Shown: positions 1-8,672, numbered from the stretch's first letter. The stretch is 45,588 bases of DNA from Syntrophus sp. GWC2_56_31 (GCA_001829875.1 MICN01000115.1:1-45588); one strand, 5' to 3'. A program made the numbers and translations. Notes: generated by a model not told the origin, from the sequence alone.

Positions 1-568
1 CCCATTGCAGGGCCTTGGTTCGGACCTCCGGAAATAGCCAGACATAGAGCCCCCCCGCAATAAGAAGCGCGCACACCAGCAGGGCCAGGATCTTCATGAT
101 CAACCGCCCCCACCGTCTCCGCGGCGGCTCGTCCTCCTGGAACTCCTCTTCATCTAAGTCATCTTCTATGTCATCTTCCCAATCAGAGGCCTGGTCGCTA
201 AGTGCATCTTTCTCCAACCCTTCCTCGAACCCCTTGATGATCGATTCTTTGGCGTTCTCGGACGAAATCTCTTTGTCCACCGCTCTTCGGGGGAACGGCG
301 GTATCTCCATTCTCTCGCGCTCGGGAAGCGACGGCTGTTCTTCGCCGAGGGAGAAGCGGTCTTCTGAAATGCGCTTGGCGTCGCTGACCCTTACAGACGG
401 TATCTCGGACTCGGCGGCAGACCGGGGAGACAGGGGTTCGTCAACGGCAAAGCGTTCCTGAAAAAAAACATCCCGGCAGCGGCTGCAACGGACCCAGAAA
501 CCCTCACCTTCGACCTGTGTCTCGTCAAACCGGAACCGTGTTTCACACTTCCGACACTGAATAATCAT
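1..568 (-). CDS. MJ0042-type zinc-ribbon protein (N-terminal part; 3' end runs off the window)
   Basis: Absent from the ORF track because it is truncated by the window edge. Minus-strand ATG at 568-566 is preceded by GGAGG (rc of 571-579). Translation MIIQCRKCETRFRFDETQVEGEGFWVRCSRCRDVFFQE has two CxxC pairs, then an acidic low-complexity linker and a hydrophobic helix (ILALLVCALLIAGGLYVW). The + ORF 96-461 is its antisense shadow. Confidence 0.75.
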   Translation of the reverse strand, partial: MIIQCRKCETRFRFDETQVEGEGFWVRCSRCRDVFFQERFAVDEPLSPRSAAESEIPSVRVSDAKRISEDRFSLGEEQPSLPERERMEIPPFPRRAVDKEISSENAKESIIKGFEEGLEKDALSDQASDWEDDIEDDLDEEEFQEDEPPRRRWGRLIMKILALLVCALLIAGGLYVWLFPEVRTKALQW

Positions 569-581
569 AGTCCCTCCTTAC

Positions 582-1103
582 TTACGCAATGTCTTTCAGC
601 ATGCAGACGTCGGGAAGAAAACGGAATTTTTCATTAAAATCAAGCCCATAGCCTACAACAAACTCGTCGGGAATAGCAAACCCCACATACTCGGCTGTAA
701 AGGGAACCCGCCGCCGCTCCTTCTTGTCGAGGAAAGTGCAGACCCGAACCGAGGCCGGCTGCCTCTCCCTGAGGACATTAAGCAGATGGGAAAGGGTGAG
801 GCCGGTATCGACGATGTCCTCCACGATGAGGACATCTCTCCCCGCAATCGGCGTTTCCAGATCCTTGGTGATCCTGACCTCACCCGAGCTCTGGGAGCCG
901 CATCCGTAACTTGCCACCCGGACAAAATCGACTCGGCACGGTATGCTCATACCGCGGATCAGATCCGCCATAAAGATGAAGGCCCCATTAAGAACTCCGA
1001 CGAGGAGGAGTTCCCGCCCCTCGTAATCCCTGGAGATCTGCTCGGCAAGCTCCTTGACCCGCCTTCCGATTGTCTCTCGCGGAAAGAGGAGTTCCGGTTT
1101 CAT
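582..1103 (-). CDS. hpt: hypoxanthine phosphoribosyltransferase
   Basis: Internal Met of ORF 582-1295: MKPELLFPRETIGRRVKELAEQISRDY...LLLVGVLNGAFIFMADL...VLIVEDIVDTGLTL (PRPP-binding motif). About 173 aa is the normal Hpt size. The upstream 64 codons of the listed ORF look non-coding. Confidence 0.9.
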   Translation of the reverse strand: MKPELLFPRETIGRRVKELAEQISRDYEGRELLLVGVLNGAFIFMADLIRGMSIPCRVDFVRVASYGCGSQSSGEVRITKDLETPIAGRDVLIVEDIVDTGLTLSHLLNVLRERQPASVRVCTFLDKKERRRVPFTAEYVGFAIPDEFVVGYGLDFNEKFRFLPDVCMLKDIA

Positions 1104-1267
1104 CTCTGCCACTCCTTCGACCTCCGGGGAAATGTTGCCTGCACATCGGCGTCGGATCACAAGGGGATCGATCCGGGCTGATGCACTAGTTCTATTAAAC
1201 CACGCAGGCCGCCCTGTCAACGAAAATTGCTGAACTCGTAAAAAGTCGTAAAACACCCTGCGTTTGG

Positions 1268-1393
1268 GACGGCTTCGTAAAAAGGCCGCAGGCAAGGCGC
1301 GCGAATCCCAAGGAGTGAGGCGTACTTTTGGCGTACGTCGCAGCGACGAGGGATGAAGTGCAACGCAGCATCCGGACTTTTTACGAAGCCGTC
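1268..1393. repeat. 17-bp perfect inverted repeat pair flanking a 92-nt core (MITE-like or structured intergenic element)
   Basis: GACGGCTTCGTAAAAAG (1268-1284) is the exact reverse complement of CTTTTTACGAAGCCGTC (1377-1393). Related half-sites TCGTAAAAAG (1236-1245) and TCGTAAAAC (1246-1254) lie just upstream. It sits in the divergent hpt / radical-SAM intergenic region. Confidence 0.6.
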
Positions 1394-1455
1394 AAAATTA
1401 GAAAAAATCGGTGCTGGTTGCGCTCCCGATCCAAAGATGATAGTACCGTCGACAC

Positions 1456-4011
1456 ATGGTAATGAATGATATGACCCCATTCGATGCAGGTGAACTTTTT
1501 CTTTCCGTCGAGAAGCCCAGCCGTTACACGGGCGGCGAGTTGAATTCCGTCCGGAAAGAGGATGCCGCGTGCCGCCTCCGTTTTGCCTTTGCTTTCCCCG
1601 ATACATACGAGGTCGGGATGTCGCACCTCGGCCTGCAGATCCTTTACGCCATCCTGAATGCTCTGCCGGAGATCGCCTGCGAACGCTGCTACGCCCCCTG
1701 GCCCGACATGGAAAGGGAACTTCGCCGGCGCCGTCTGCCCCTCGCTTCCCTGGAGTCGCAGAGGCCTTTGGCCGCTTTCGACATCATAGGCTTCTCCCTC
1801 CAGTATGAGCTCTCCTTCACGAATGTCCTGATGATGCTGGAGCTGGGCGGGATCCCCCTGCACCGCAGCGAGCGTGGTGATGAACATCCCCTGATCATTG
1901 CCGGCGGCCCGTCCGCCTTCAACCCCGCCCCGATGAGCGCCTTCATCGACGCCTTCGTCGTCGGAGAGGGTGAGGAGGCGGTCACCGAGATCGCGGCCTC
2001 GGTACTTGCCCTCCGGAACCGGGGCGGGAAAAGGCGGGAGCAGCTTGAGGCCCTCGCCGAGATCAGCGGTGTGTATGTACCCGAAATCCATACCGGGGGT
2101 GAAAGGATCGTAAAGCGGATCATCACCGATCTGGACGCCTGGCGCGTTCCTCTCTGCCCGATCGTCCCTCTGATGAAGACGATCCACGACCGGATAACCC
2201 TGGAGATCGCCAGAGGCTGCACGCGCGGCTGCCGCTTCTGCCAGGCGGGAATGGTTTGGCGGCCCGTACGCGAGAGGACGCCGGCGGTCATCGAGGAAAT
2301 GGCCGAGGCAATGCTCCGGTCGACGGGACACGACGAGATTTCCCTTCTCTCCCTGAGCTCCGGCGACTACACCCTGATCGAGCCGCTGCTCAAGGCGCTG
2401 ATGGATCGTTATTACGCACGGCGCGTCGCCCTTGCGCTTCCTTCGCTCCGCGTCGAGACCCTCACCCCGAAATTAATCGAGTCCATCCGCAGGGTCCGAA
2501 AGACGAGCTTCACCCTGGCCCCCGAGGCGGGAACCAAGCGCTTACGGGACATTATCAACAAGGGCAATACGGAAGAGGAGCTCCTCGCCACCACAGCGCA
2601 GGTTTTCGCAGCCGGCTGGAAAGCGGTAAAGCTCTATTTCATGCTCGGCCTTCCCGGCGAACGCGAGGAGGATCTGGAGGGAATCGCCGACCTCGCCCGT
2701 AAAACCCTCCTGACGGCAGAGAACCGGGGTCAGGTCACGGTCAGCCTCTCGACCTTCATCCCCAAGCCCCACACCCCTTTCCAATGGCAGCGACAGATCG
2801 ACTGCGCACAGATTCAGACCCGCCAGGAGTTTTTTCGCACGCGCCTGAAGAACCGGAACATCAGCATCAAGTGGCACGACGCCCGGATGAGCCTTCTCGA
2901 GGGGGTCTTCTCCCGGGGTGACGAGAAGACCGGGGAGCTCATAGAGACGGCCTTTCGCCTCGGCTGCCGCTTTGACGGCTGGAGCGACCGTTTCCGCTTC
3001 GATCTCTGGGAAGAAGCGATGCGAAGGACGGGGATCGACCCCGAATCCTATCTCCGGGAGCGCCCCTTCACCGAGGTCTTCCCCTGGGAGAGGATCGAGA
3101 GCGGGGTCAGCCGGGAGTTTCTTCTTGCCGAGGCACTCCGGGCCGATAAGGGCGAACCGACACCGGACTGCCGGACCGGCCAATGCGGAAACTGCGGCGT
3201 CTGCGATCAGAAGACCATTCGCACCATGACCGCCCCCGCAGACGCCTCCGTCGGGTCGCTCGTATCCTCGTACGCCGACCGGGAAGACGAAGGCCCGGAA
3301 AAGACCCTCCGTACCCGATTCACCAAACTGGGTCCGGCGCGATTTCTTTCCCACTTGGAGCTCTCCTCCGCCCTAAGCCGGGCGGTGAGCCTGACCGGGA
3401 CCTCCTTCATCTATTCAAAAGGTTACCACCCCCATCCGAAGATCTCCTTCGCCGGCGCCACATCGGTCGGGATGGAGAGCCGGGGCGAATTTGTAGACAT
3501 CCGGATTCAGGACCCTTGTGAGGAGCTTGGTCTTCTCACTGCCCGGATCAATGCGGGCCTGCCCGTGGGGATGAGGATTACGGCGATGGTTGAGTTGCCC
3601 CCGAACGCTTTTTCTCTGGCGGAACTCGCCGTGGGATTTACCTATGACCTTATTCTGCCAAGCGATTCAACCGATGAGACAATGGACCGGTTCGAGGCGA
3701 AGATCCCTGCATTCCTGGCGGCGGGGAGTTTCCGTGTCACGCGGGAAGCGAACGGGAAACCGGTCATCAAGGAAATCCGCCCTTTCGTCGCCGACCTGGC
3801 CCTTGACCGAACCGGTTGTCGTATCCTCCTTTCGGCGCGTTTCGGTCCCGAAGGGACGGTCCGGCCCGCCGAGGTGCTGACCGGCGTCTTTGGTCTTTCT
3901 CCCGAGGCCCTTCATAAGATACGGATTGTGAAGACCGGCACGCAGCTTGCCGATTTTGCCGGTATCGCCGACCGGCAAATTTTTTCCGGCGATCCCCATA
4001 AAATGTATTGA
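1456..4011 (+). CDS. radical SAM protein fused to a radical-SAM-linked C-terminal domain (TIGR03960 + TIGR03936/DUF2344-like)
   Basis: The 851-aa ORF carries the CxxxCxxC cluster motif in ARGCTRGCRFCQAG. The N-terminal B12-binding-like region and the long C-terminal extension (RFTKLGPARFLSHLEL...) match the two-part family usually found next to rplU-rpmA-obg. Start could be one of several Met at 1456-1471. Confidence 0.85.
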   Translation: MVMNDMTPFDAGELFLSVEKPSRYTGGELNSVRKEDAACRLRFAFAFPDTYEVGMSHLGLQILYAILNALPEIACERCYAPWPDMERELRRRRLPLASLESQRPLAAFDIIGFSLQYELSFTNVLMMLELGGIPLHRSERGDEHPLIIAGGPSAFNPAPMSAFIDAFVVGEGEEAVTEIAASVLALRNRGGKRREQLEALAEISGVYVPEIHTGGERIVKRIITDLDAWRVPLCPIVPLMKTIHDRITLEIARGCTRGCRFCQAGMVWRPVRERTPAVIEEMAEAMLRSTGHDEISLLSLSSGDYTLIEPLLKALMDRYYARRVALALPSLRVETLTPKLIESIRRVRKTSFTLAPEAGTKRLRDIINKGNTEEELLATTAQVFAAGWKAVKLYFMLGLPGEREEDLEGIADLARKTLLTAENRGQVTVSLSTFIPKPHTPFQWQRQIDCAQIQTRQEFFRTRLKNRNISIKWHDARMSLLEGVFSRGDEKTGELIETAFRLGCRFDGWSDRFRFDLWEEAMRRTGIDPESYLRERPFTEVFPWERIESGVSREFLLAEALRADKGEPTPDCRTGQCGNCGVCDQKTIRTMTAPADASVGSLVSSYADREDEGPEKTLRTRFTKLGPARFLSHLELSSALSRAVSLTGTSFIYSKGYHPHPKISFAGATSVGMESRGEFVDIRIQDPCEELGLLTARINAGLPVGMRITAMVELPPNAFSLAELAVGFTYDLILPSDSTDETMDRFEAKIPAFLAAGSFRVTREANGKPVIKEIRPFVADLALDRTGCRILLSARFGPEGTVRPAEVLTGVFGLSPEALHKIRIVKTGTQLADFAGIADRQIFSGDPHKMY

Positions 4012-4037
4012 CAAACGGCATCCATTTTCGATATAGT
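4008..4037 (+). promoter_or_regulatory. sigma-70-type promoter for rplU-rpmA
   Basis: TTGACA (4008-4013, overlapping the upstream TGA stop), an 18-nt spacer, then TATAGT (4032-4037), 36 nt upstream of the rplU ATG. Confidence 0.5.
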
Positions 4038-4072
4038 GCAAAGTCAAAATTTTTTTCACAAGGATATGAACC

Positions 4073-4384
4073 ATGTATGCAGTAATCAAAACAGGCGGTA
4101 AGCAGCACAAGGTCTCCGAAGGAGACGTGATCGCCATAGAAAAGATCGACGGCGATAAGGGCGATGCGATTGTTTTCGATCAGGTTCTGATGGTTGAGAA
4201 GGAAGGCCAATTTCACATCGGAAGGCCTGTGGTGGAAGGCGCAAAGGTCACGGGCGAGATCCTCGCGCTGACCAAGGCCGCAAAACTCACCGTTTTCAAG
4301 ATGAAGAAACGAAAAGGCTATCGTAAAAAGACCGGACACCGCCAGCAATTGACGAGTATGCGGATCAAAGAAATATCCATTTAG
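4073..4384 (+). CDS. rplU: 50S ribosomal protein L21
   Basis: [20 protein letters not shown]... is a canonical L21 N-terminus; 103 aa. Confidence 0.97.
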   Translation: MYAVIKTGGKQHKVSEGDVIAIEKIDGDKGDAIVFDQVLMVEKEGQFHIGRPVVEGAKVTGEILALTKAAKLTVFKMKKRKGYRKKTGHRQQLTSMRIKEISI

Positions 4385-4396
4385 GCGGAGGAGATT

Positions 4397-4654
4397 ATGG
4401 CACACAAGAAGGGGCAGGGAAGCTCCCGGAATGGACGAGACAGCAACTCCCAGCGGCGGGGCGTAAAGGTTTACGGCGGCGAGAAGATCAATGCCGGCTC
4501 CATCATCGTACGTCAAGTCGGAACCGTATTTCATCCCGGCAACAACGTCGGGTTGGGTAAGGACTACACCATTTTTTCAAAGATCGATGGCACCGTGAAG
4601 TTCGAGAGACTCGATAAGAAACGGAAGAAGGTCAGCGTCTACGCTGCGGCGTAG
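4397..4654 (+). CDS. rpmA: 50S ribosomal protein L27
   Basis: [28 protein letters not shown]... is canonical L27; 85 aa; GGAGG RBS upstream. Confidence 0.97.
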   Translation: MAHKKGQGSSRNGRDSNSQRRGVKVYGGEKINAGSIIVRQVGTVFHPGNNVGLGKDYTIFSKIDGTVKFERLDKKRKKVSVYAAA

Positions 4655-4686
4655 ACATTTTTTCTGTAACGGAGGAATCGGGAACA

Positions 4687-4902
4687 ATGGGCGAGAACGG
4701 ACGCGAAACCGGGGTTGTCAAGTGGTTTAACGACAAGAAAGGTTACGGCTTCATCTCCAGGGATTCGGGAGAGGATGTGTTTGTTCATCACAGTTCTATC
4801 GTCGCGGAGGGATTCCGCAGCCTGGCGGAAGGCGACCGCGTCGAATTTACGGTAACTCAGGAGCAGAAGGGCCAGGCCGCCGTGGATGTGCACAAGATTT
4901 AG
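4687..4902 (+). CDS. cold-shock domain protein (CspA family)
   Basis: GVVKWFNDKKGYGFISRDSGEDVFVHHSSI contains the RNP1 (KGYGFI) and RNP2 (VFVHH) motifs; 71 aa. Confidence 0.95.
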   Translation: MGENGRETGVVKWFNDKKGYGFISRDSGEDVFVHHSSIVAEGFRSLAEGDRVEFTVTQEQKGQAAVDVHKI

Positions 4903-4973
4903 CGAACCGGATACTGCCCGGTCGAAATACTTATCCTCCATCTAAACCTGTTCATAGAACGTCATCCCGTGCT

Positions 4974-5016
4974 AGCCCGGCGGAGGTGTGTTTACCGCCG
5001 GGCTCCGTCCGTTTTT
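4974..5016 (+). terminator. possible intrinsic terminator after csp
   Basis: 10-bp GC-rich stem AGCCCGGCGG (4974-4983) / CCGCCGGGCT (4995-5004). The T5 run (5012-5016) is 7 nt from the stem, so the structure is atypical. Confidence 0.4.
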
Positions 5017-5165
5017 CCAGTCGCAGCGAACAAAAGGTGCGATCGTTATTGCACAACTTGGAAATTATGTCCCCAGCACACATCGGAGATTTTTCGGGGT
5101 CCCCTGCCCCCGCGGCGTAACACGTTCCGCCCACCTCTCCAAAAGAAAAGGGGCAAGCAAACGGT

Positions 5166-6221
5166 ATGAAATTTATCGACGAGGCAAAAATCTATGTCAA
5201 GGCAGGCGACGGCGGCCGCGGTTGCGTCAGCTTCCGAAGGGAGAAGTTCGTCCCGCGGGGAGGACCGGACGGAGGGGACGGAGGCCATGGAGGAGACGTG
5301 ATTATTCGGGCCTCACTGAGCCGGCGAACCCTCCTTGACTTCAAGTTTCGCCAGCACCACATTGCCAAACATGGCGGTCATGGCGAGGGAAGCAAACGGA
5401 CCGGGAGGGACTCCGATAACGTCGAGATCGTCGTCCCGGTAGGCACGGTCGTCCGCGACGCCCAGAGCGGAGAACTCCTGTCCGATCTGACGACCGACGG
5501 CGTTGTCTTTGTCGTCGCGAAGGGCGGCATGGGCGGCCGGGGAAACGCGAGGTTCGCCACCGCCACCCGCCAGACCCCCCGTTTCGCGCAGCCCGGCATC
5601 CCGGGCGAAGAAAGGTGGATCACACTGGAGCTCAAGCTTCTGGCGGATGTGGGAATCATCGGTCTGCCGAACGTCGGTAAATCGACATTCATCTCAAGGG
5701 TGTCGGCCGCCCGTCCCAAGATCGCCGATTACCCCTTCACAACGCTTGTTCCCCATTTGGGCGTCGTCCAGTACGGGGATAAGGAGTCGTTCGTGATCGC
5801 CGACATCCCCGGATTGATCGAGGGAGCGCACGATGGGCTGGGGATGGGCATGCAGTTCCTCCGCCACGTCGAGAGGACGTCCGTCCTACTCCATATTATC
5901 GATATCTCTGCAGAATCCCACCAGGACGCCTGGCACGACTACGAAATGATCAACCGCGAACTGGAGCTCTTCAGCCCCGCAATGCTGAAAAAACGGCAGG
6001 TTGTGGCAATCGGCAAACTCGACCTTCCCACCACCCGGGAGGGGATGCAAAAGGATATTGACACCTTTGCAGAAAAAGGGGTAAAATTACTTGCCTTTTC
6101 GGCGGCAACCGGGGAAGGCGTCCCGGAGGTGCTCCGGGAGCTCATCACACTGATTCCCCCGCATCTCCCCTCGGTCGATGAGGAAGGCGGAGCGGCCCTG
6201 CCGGAGGATGGTCCATCATGA
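5166..6221 (+). CDS. obg: GTPase Obg/CgtA
   Basis: MKFIDEAKIYVKAGDGGRGCVSFRREKFVPRGGPDGGDGG (Obg fold) plus G1 GLPNVGKST and G3 DIPGLIEGA. Confidence 0.96.
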   Translation: MKFIDEAKIYVKAGDGGRGCVSFRREKFVPRGGPDGGDGGHGGDVIIRASLSRRTLLDFKFRQHHIAKHGGHGEGSKRTGRDSDNVEIVVPVGTVVRDAQSGELLSDLTTDGVVFVVAKGGMGGRGNARFATATRQTPRFAQPGIPGEERWITLELKLLADVGIIGLPNVGKSTFISRVSAARPKIADYPFTTLVPHLGVVQYGDKESFVIADIPGLIEGAHDGLGMGMQFLRHVERTSVLLHIIDISAESHQDAWHDYEMINRELELFSPAMLKKRQVVAIGKLDLPTTREGMQKDIDTFAEKGVKLLAFSAATGEGVPEVLRELITLIPPHLPSVDEEGGAALPEDGPS

Positions 6222-7384
6222 AACGAAAAGAGACCCTTGCCAATGTCCGGAAGATCCTCGTCAAGGTCGGCAGCGCCGTCCTGACCGGCGAGGAAGGCCT
6301 CGACCTCACGATCATCGAGCAGCTTGTCGACGATATCGCCACCCTCCGGGAGCGGGGTTATCAGGTCATCCTGGTCAGTTCCGGGGCCATCGCCTCGGGG
6401 AAGCACCGGATGGGTATCCAAGGAAAGCTCAAGAGCATCCCGCAGAAGCAGGCGGCGGCGGCAATAGGCCAGGGCCGTCTGATGCGGGTTTACTCGAATG
6501 CCTTCGGAAAGCATGGTCTCTTCGTCGGCCAGGTCCTCCTCACGATGAGCGACCTCACCGACCGGAAACGCTTCCTGAACATCCGCAATACCCTCTTTAC
6601 CCTGCTGGAATGGGGTGTAATCACGATCATCAACGAGAACGACACCGTGGCTGTCGATGAAATCAAGTTCGGCGATAACGACCACCTCGCCGCGATGGTC
6701 GCCAACATCGTCGAGGCGCATCTCGTGATCAACCTGACGAACACCGAGGGGCTCTACGACCATAATCCGGCCGACTCAAAAAAAGCAAAACTCATCCCCC
6801 TCGTCACGGAATTCACCCCGGAGATCGAGGCCGCTGCGACCGAAGAGGCCACTCCCATCGGGATGGGCGGCATGAAAAGCAAGGTCCTCGCCGCAAAGAA
6901 AGTCACGGCCTTTGGCATCCCGTATATCATCGCCCCCGGCCGCCGTCCCGGGGTTCTGCAGGAGATTATGGACGGTAAAGAGACCGGCACCCTCTTCCTC
7001 CCGATGGCGGACCATCTGACAAGCCGGAAATACTGGATCGCCTTTACGCTAAGGGCGAGAGGGCGTCTCTTTGTCGACGAAGGGGCAAAAGAGGCCCTCG
7101 TAGCGGACGGCAAGAGCCTTCTCCCCTCTGGGGTGATACAGGTGGAGGGAGATTTTGTCCTCGGGGATCCGGTGACCTGCGTGGACGCGGCCGGCAATCC
7201 GATCGCCAAGGGGTTGGTCAATTACTGCGCCGAAGAGATCCGGAAAATCATGGGGCTGAAGACCACGAAGATCGAACAGGTCCTCGGCTACAAGGACTAT
7301 GATGAGATCATCCACCGGGATAACCTTGCCGTCATGATCCATCCGGACGAAAAATCAAAAACCCGAAACCCGAAAACTCTATAG
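6218..7384 (+). CDS. proB: glutamate 5-kinase with C-terminal PUA domain
   Basis: ILVKVGSAVLT..., VILVSSGAIA, NENDTVAVDEIKFGDNDHLAA and a PUA-like tail. ATGA overlap with the obg stop. Confidence 0.95.
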   Translation: MKRKETLANVRKILVKVGSAVLTGEEGLDLTIIEQLVDDIATLRERGYQVILVSSGAIASGKHRMGIQGKLKSIPQKQAAAAIGQGRLMRVYSNAFGKHGLFVGQVLLTMSDLTDRKRFLNIRNTLFTLLEWGVITIINENDTVAVDEIKFGDNDHLAAMVANIVEAHLVINLTNTEGLYDHNPADSKKAKLIPLVTEFTPEIEAAATEEATPIGMGGMKSKVLAAKKVTAFGIPYIIAPGRRPGVLQEIMDGKETGTLFLPMADHLTSRKYWIAFTLRARGRLFVDEGAKEALVADGKSLLPSGVIQVEGDFVLGDPVTCVDAAGNPIAKGLVNYCAEEIRKIMGLKTTKIEQVLGYKDYDEIIHRDNLAVMIHPDEKSKTRNPKTL

Positions 7385-7936
7385 AATATGGCTGGAGAGA
7401 ACACGGCCTTTTTTGTCGAAGGCAACCCCTTCCATCTCCAGGAGCGCCCTTTTCATCGGGAGGCCGCCGCCGAAGCCGCCGAGGCTGCCGTCGCTCCGGA
7501 TCACCCGGTGACAGGGGATCACAAGGGGGAATGGATTGCCCGCCATGACATTCCCCGCGGCCCTGGCGCCGCCGGGAACACCGGCTTTTGCCGCAAGGCC
7601 CCCATAGGTCATGACACGTCCACGCGGGATGGCGAAGTCCGCCAACAGGACGCGGCGTTCAAACCCCCCGACGCCTTCAATGTCCAACTCGTCGATCGAA
7701 AAATCCACGGGTTCGCCCGTCAGGAATGCCCTGATCCGCATCAGGATTTTATCCCCCTTCCCCGATGACGGCACGGCCGCAGGGAAAGATTCCCGGATGC
7801 GCTCTCCTGCGGAAATTCCCGCTCGGGGAAGAAAGATCCTCCGGACATGACGCAAGCTCCCGGGGCATCTGACAATCCCCACCTCGCCCATGGGTGAGGC
7901 GATGATATCATACACGCAATCAAAATCTGTTTTCAC
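7379..7936 (-). CDS. ogt: methylated-DNA-protein-cysteine methyltransferase
   Basis: Active-site motif VIPCHRVI with TYGGLAAKAG upstream; 185 aa. The 3' end overlaps the convergent proB 3' end by 6 nt. Confidence 0.85.
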   Translation of the reverse strand: MKTDFDCVYDIIASPMGEVGIVRCPGSLRHVRRIFLPRAGISAGERIRESFPAAVPSSGKGDKILMRIRAFLTGEPVDFSIDELDIEGVGGFERRVLLADFAIPRGRVMTYGGLAAKAGVPGGARAAGNVMAGNPFPLVIPCHRVIRSDGSLGGFGGGLPMKRALLEMEGVAFDKKGRVLSSHIL

Positions 7937-7951
7937 CTTTTTACCTCCTTA

Positions 7952-8521
7952 TCATTTTAAGCTCTCCGGCAGCGAATCGTAAAGACCGGCAATCCCGAAG
8001 AGAATGAAAATCATTGCGGCGAACCATTTGACAAACCGCTCGGGGATCCTCTTTCCCATGACGACGCCGATGATGATCCCGAAGGCGTCTGCGACCATCA
8101 TCCCCGCCGTCGTCCCCATCCAGATGGGAATGATCGACTGGTACTTTGCGGCGAGCGCAATGGTCGCCAGCTGCGTCTTGTCGCCCATCTCCGCAAAGAA
8201 GAATGCCACGGCCACCGTCCAGAAAGGGCTGAATTTATACTTCTCGTCCTCGCCCTCCAGTTTGTCGCCGCGCAGCGTCCAGAGACCGAAGAGGATGAAG
8301 GAGGCGGAGGCGGCGACCTGGACGACGTTGAGGGGAACAACGTTCGTCAGCCAACTTCCCATGACGACGGCCAGCAGGTGGTTGAGAAGCGTCGCCGCCA
8401 GGACCCCGGCAAGGACCGTCCTCGCCGGGTAGCGGGCGGCGAAGGCCATCGCCAGTAGCTGGGTCTTGTCCCCCATCTCCGCGAGTACGACGAACAGGAA
8501 CGATGCAATAAATACGCTCAT
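7952..8521 (-). CDS. UPF0016 / GDT1 (TMEM165) family cation (Mn2+/Ca2+) transporter
   Basis: Two copies of the family signature E-x-G-D-K-T (AEMGDKTQLLAMA and AEMGDKTQLATIA) in a polytopic membrane protein. Start taken at MSVFIASFLF (8521). The upstream part of the listed ORF overlaps the riboswitch. Confidence 0.85.
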   Translation of the reverse strand: MSVFIASFLFVVLAEMGDKTQLLAMAFAARYPARTVLAGVLAATLLNHLLAVVMGSWLTNVVPLNVVQVAASASFILFGLWTLRGDKLEGEDEKYKFSPFWTVAVAFFFAEMGDKTQLATIALAAKYQSIIPIWMGTTAGMMVADAFGIIIGVVMGKRIPERFVKWFAAMIFILFGIAGLYDSLPESLK

Positions 8522-8534
8522 ATTCACCCTTTTT

Positions 8535-8672
8535 CCATAAAAAAAGCGAGACTTCAGTATGACAACGACCGTCACACCGAAAGTCTCGCTGATTGGCTCG
8601 CACCAACGGCAAGGCCAGGCTCTCGCCAGCATGTTGACCTTGCCCGGGCAGCTACTCCCCTTCAGGGCGGAT
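8535..8672 (-). promoter_or_regulatory. yybP-ykoY (Mn2+) riboswitch
   Basis: Minus-strand sequence GAAGGGGAGTAGCTGCCCGGGCAAGGTCAACATGCTGGCGAGAGCCTGGCCTTGCCGTTGGTGCGAGCCAATCAGCGAGACTTTCGG. It carries the conserved GGGGAGUAGC 5' box and AGC(A/G)AGAC(C)UUU 3' box of the yybP-ykoY family as I recall them from the L. lactis and E. coli examples. It lies directly 5' of a UPF0016 gene, a known associated gene class. Confidence 0.8.
8539..8590 (-). terminator. intrinsic terminator forming the riboswitch expression platform
   Basis: On the minus strand, AGCGAGACTT (rc of 8581-8590) pairs with AAGTCTCGCT (rc of 8545-8554) and is followed by a T6 run (rc of 8539-8544). The 5' arm is the conserved 3' strand of the aptamer. 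Confidence 0.7.

Noticed and set aside
96-461. 121-aa Ser-rich + strand ORF at the left edge.
   Set aside because: It is the antisense shadow of the minus-strand zinc-ribbon gene (1-568), which has an RBS and recognisable CxxC pairs.
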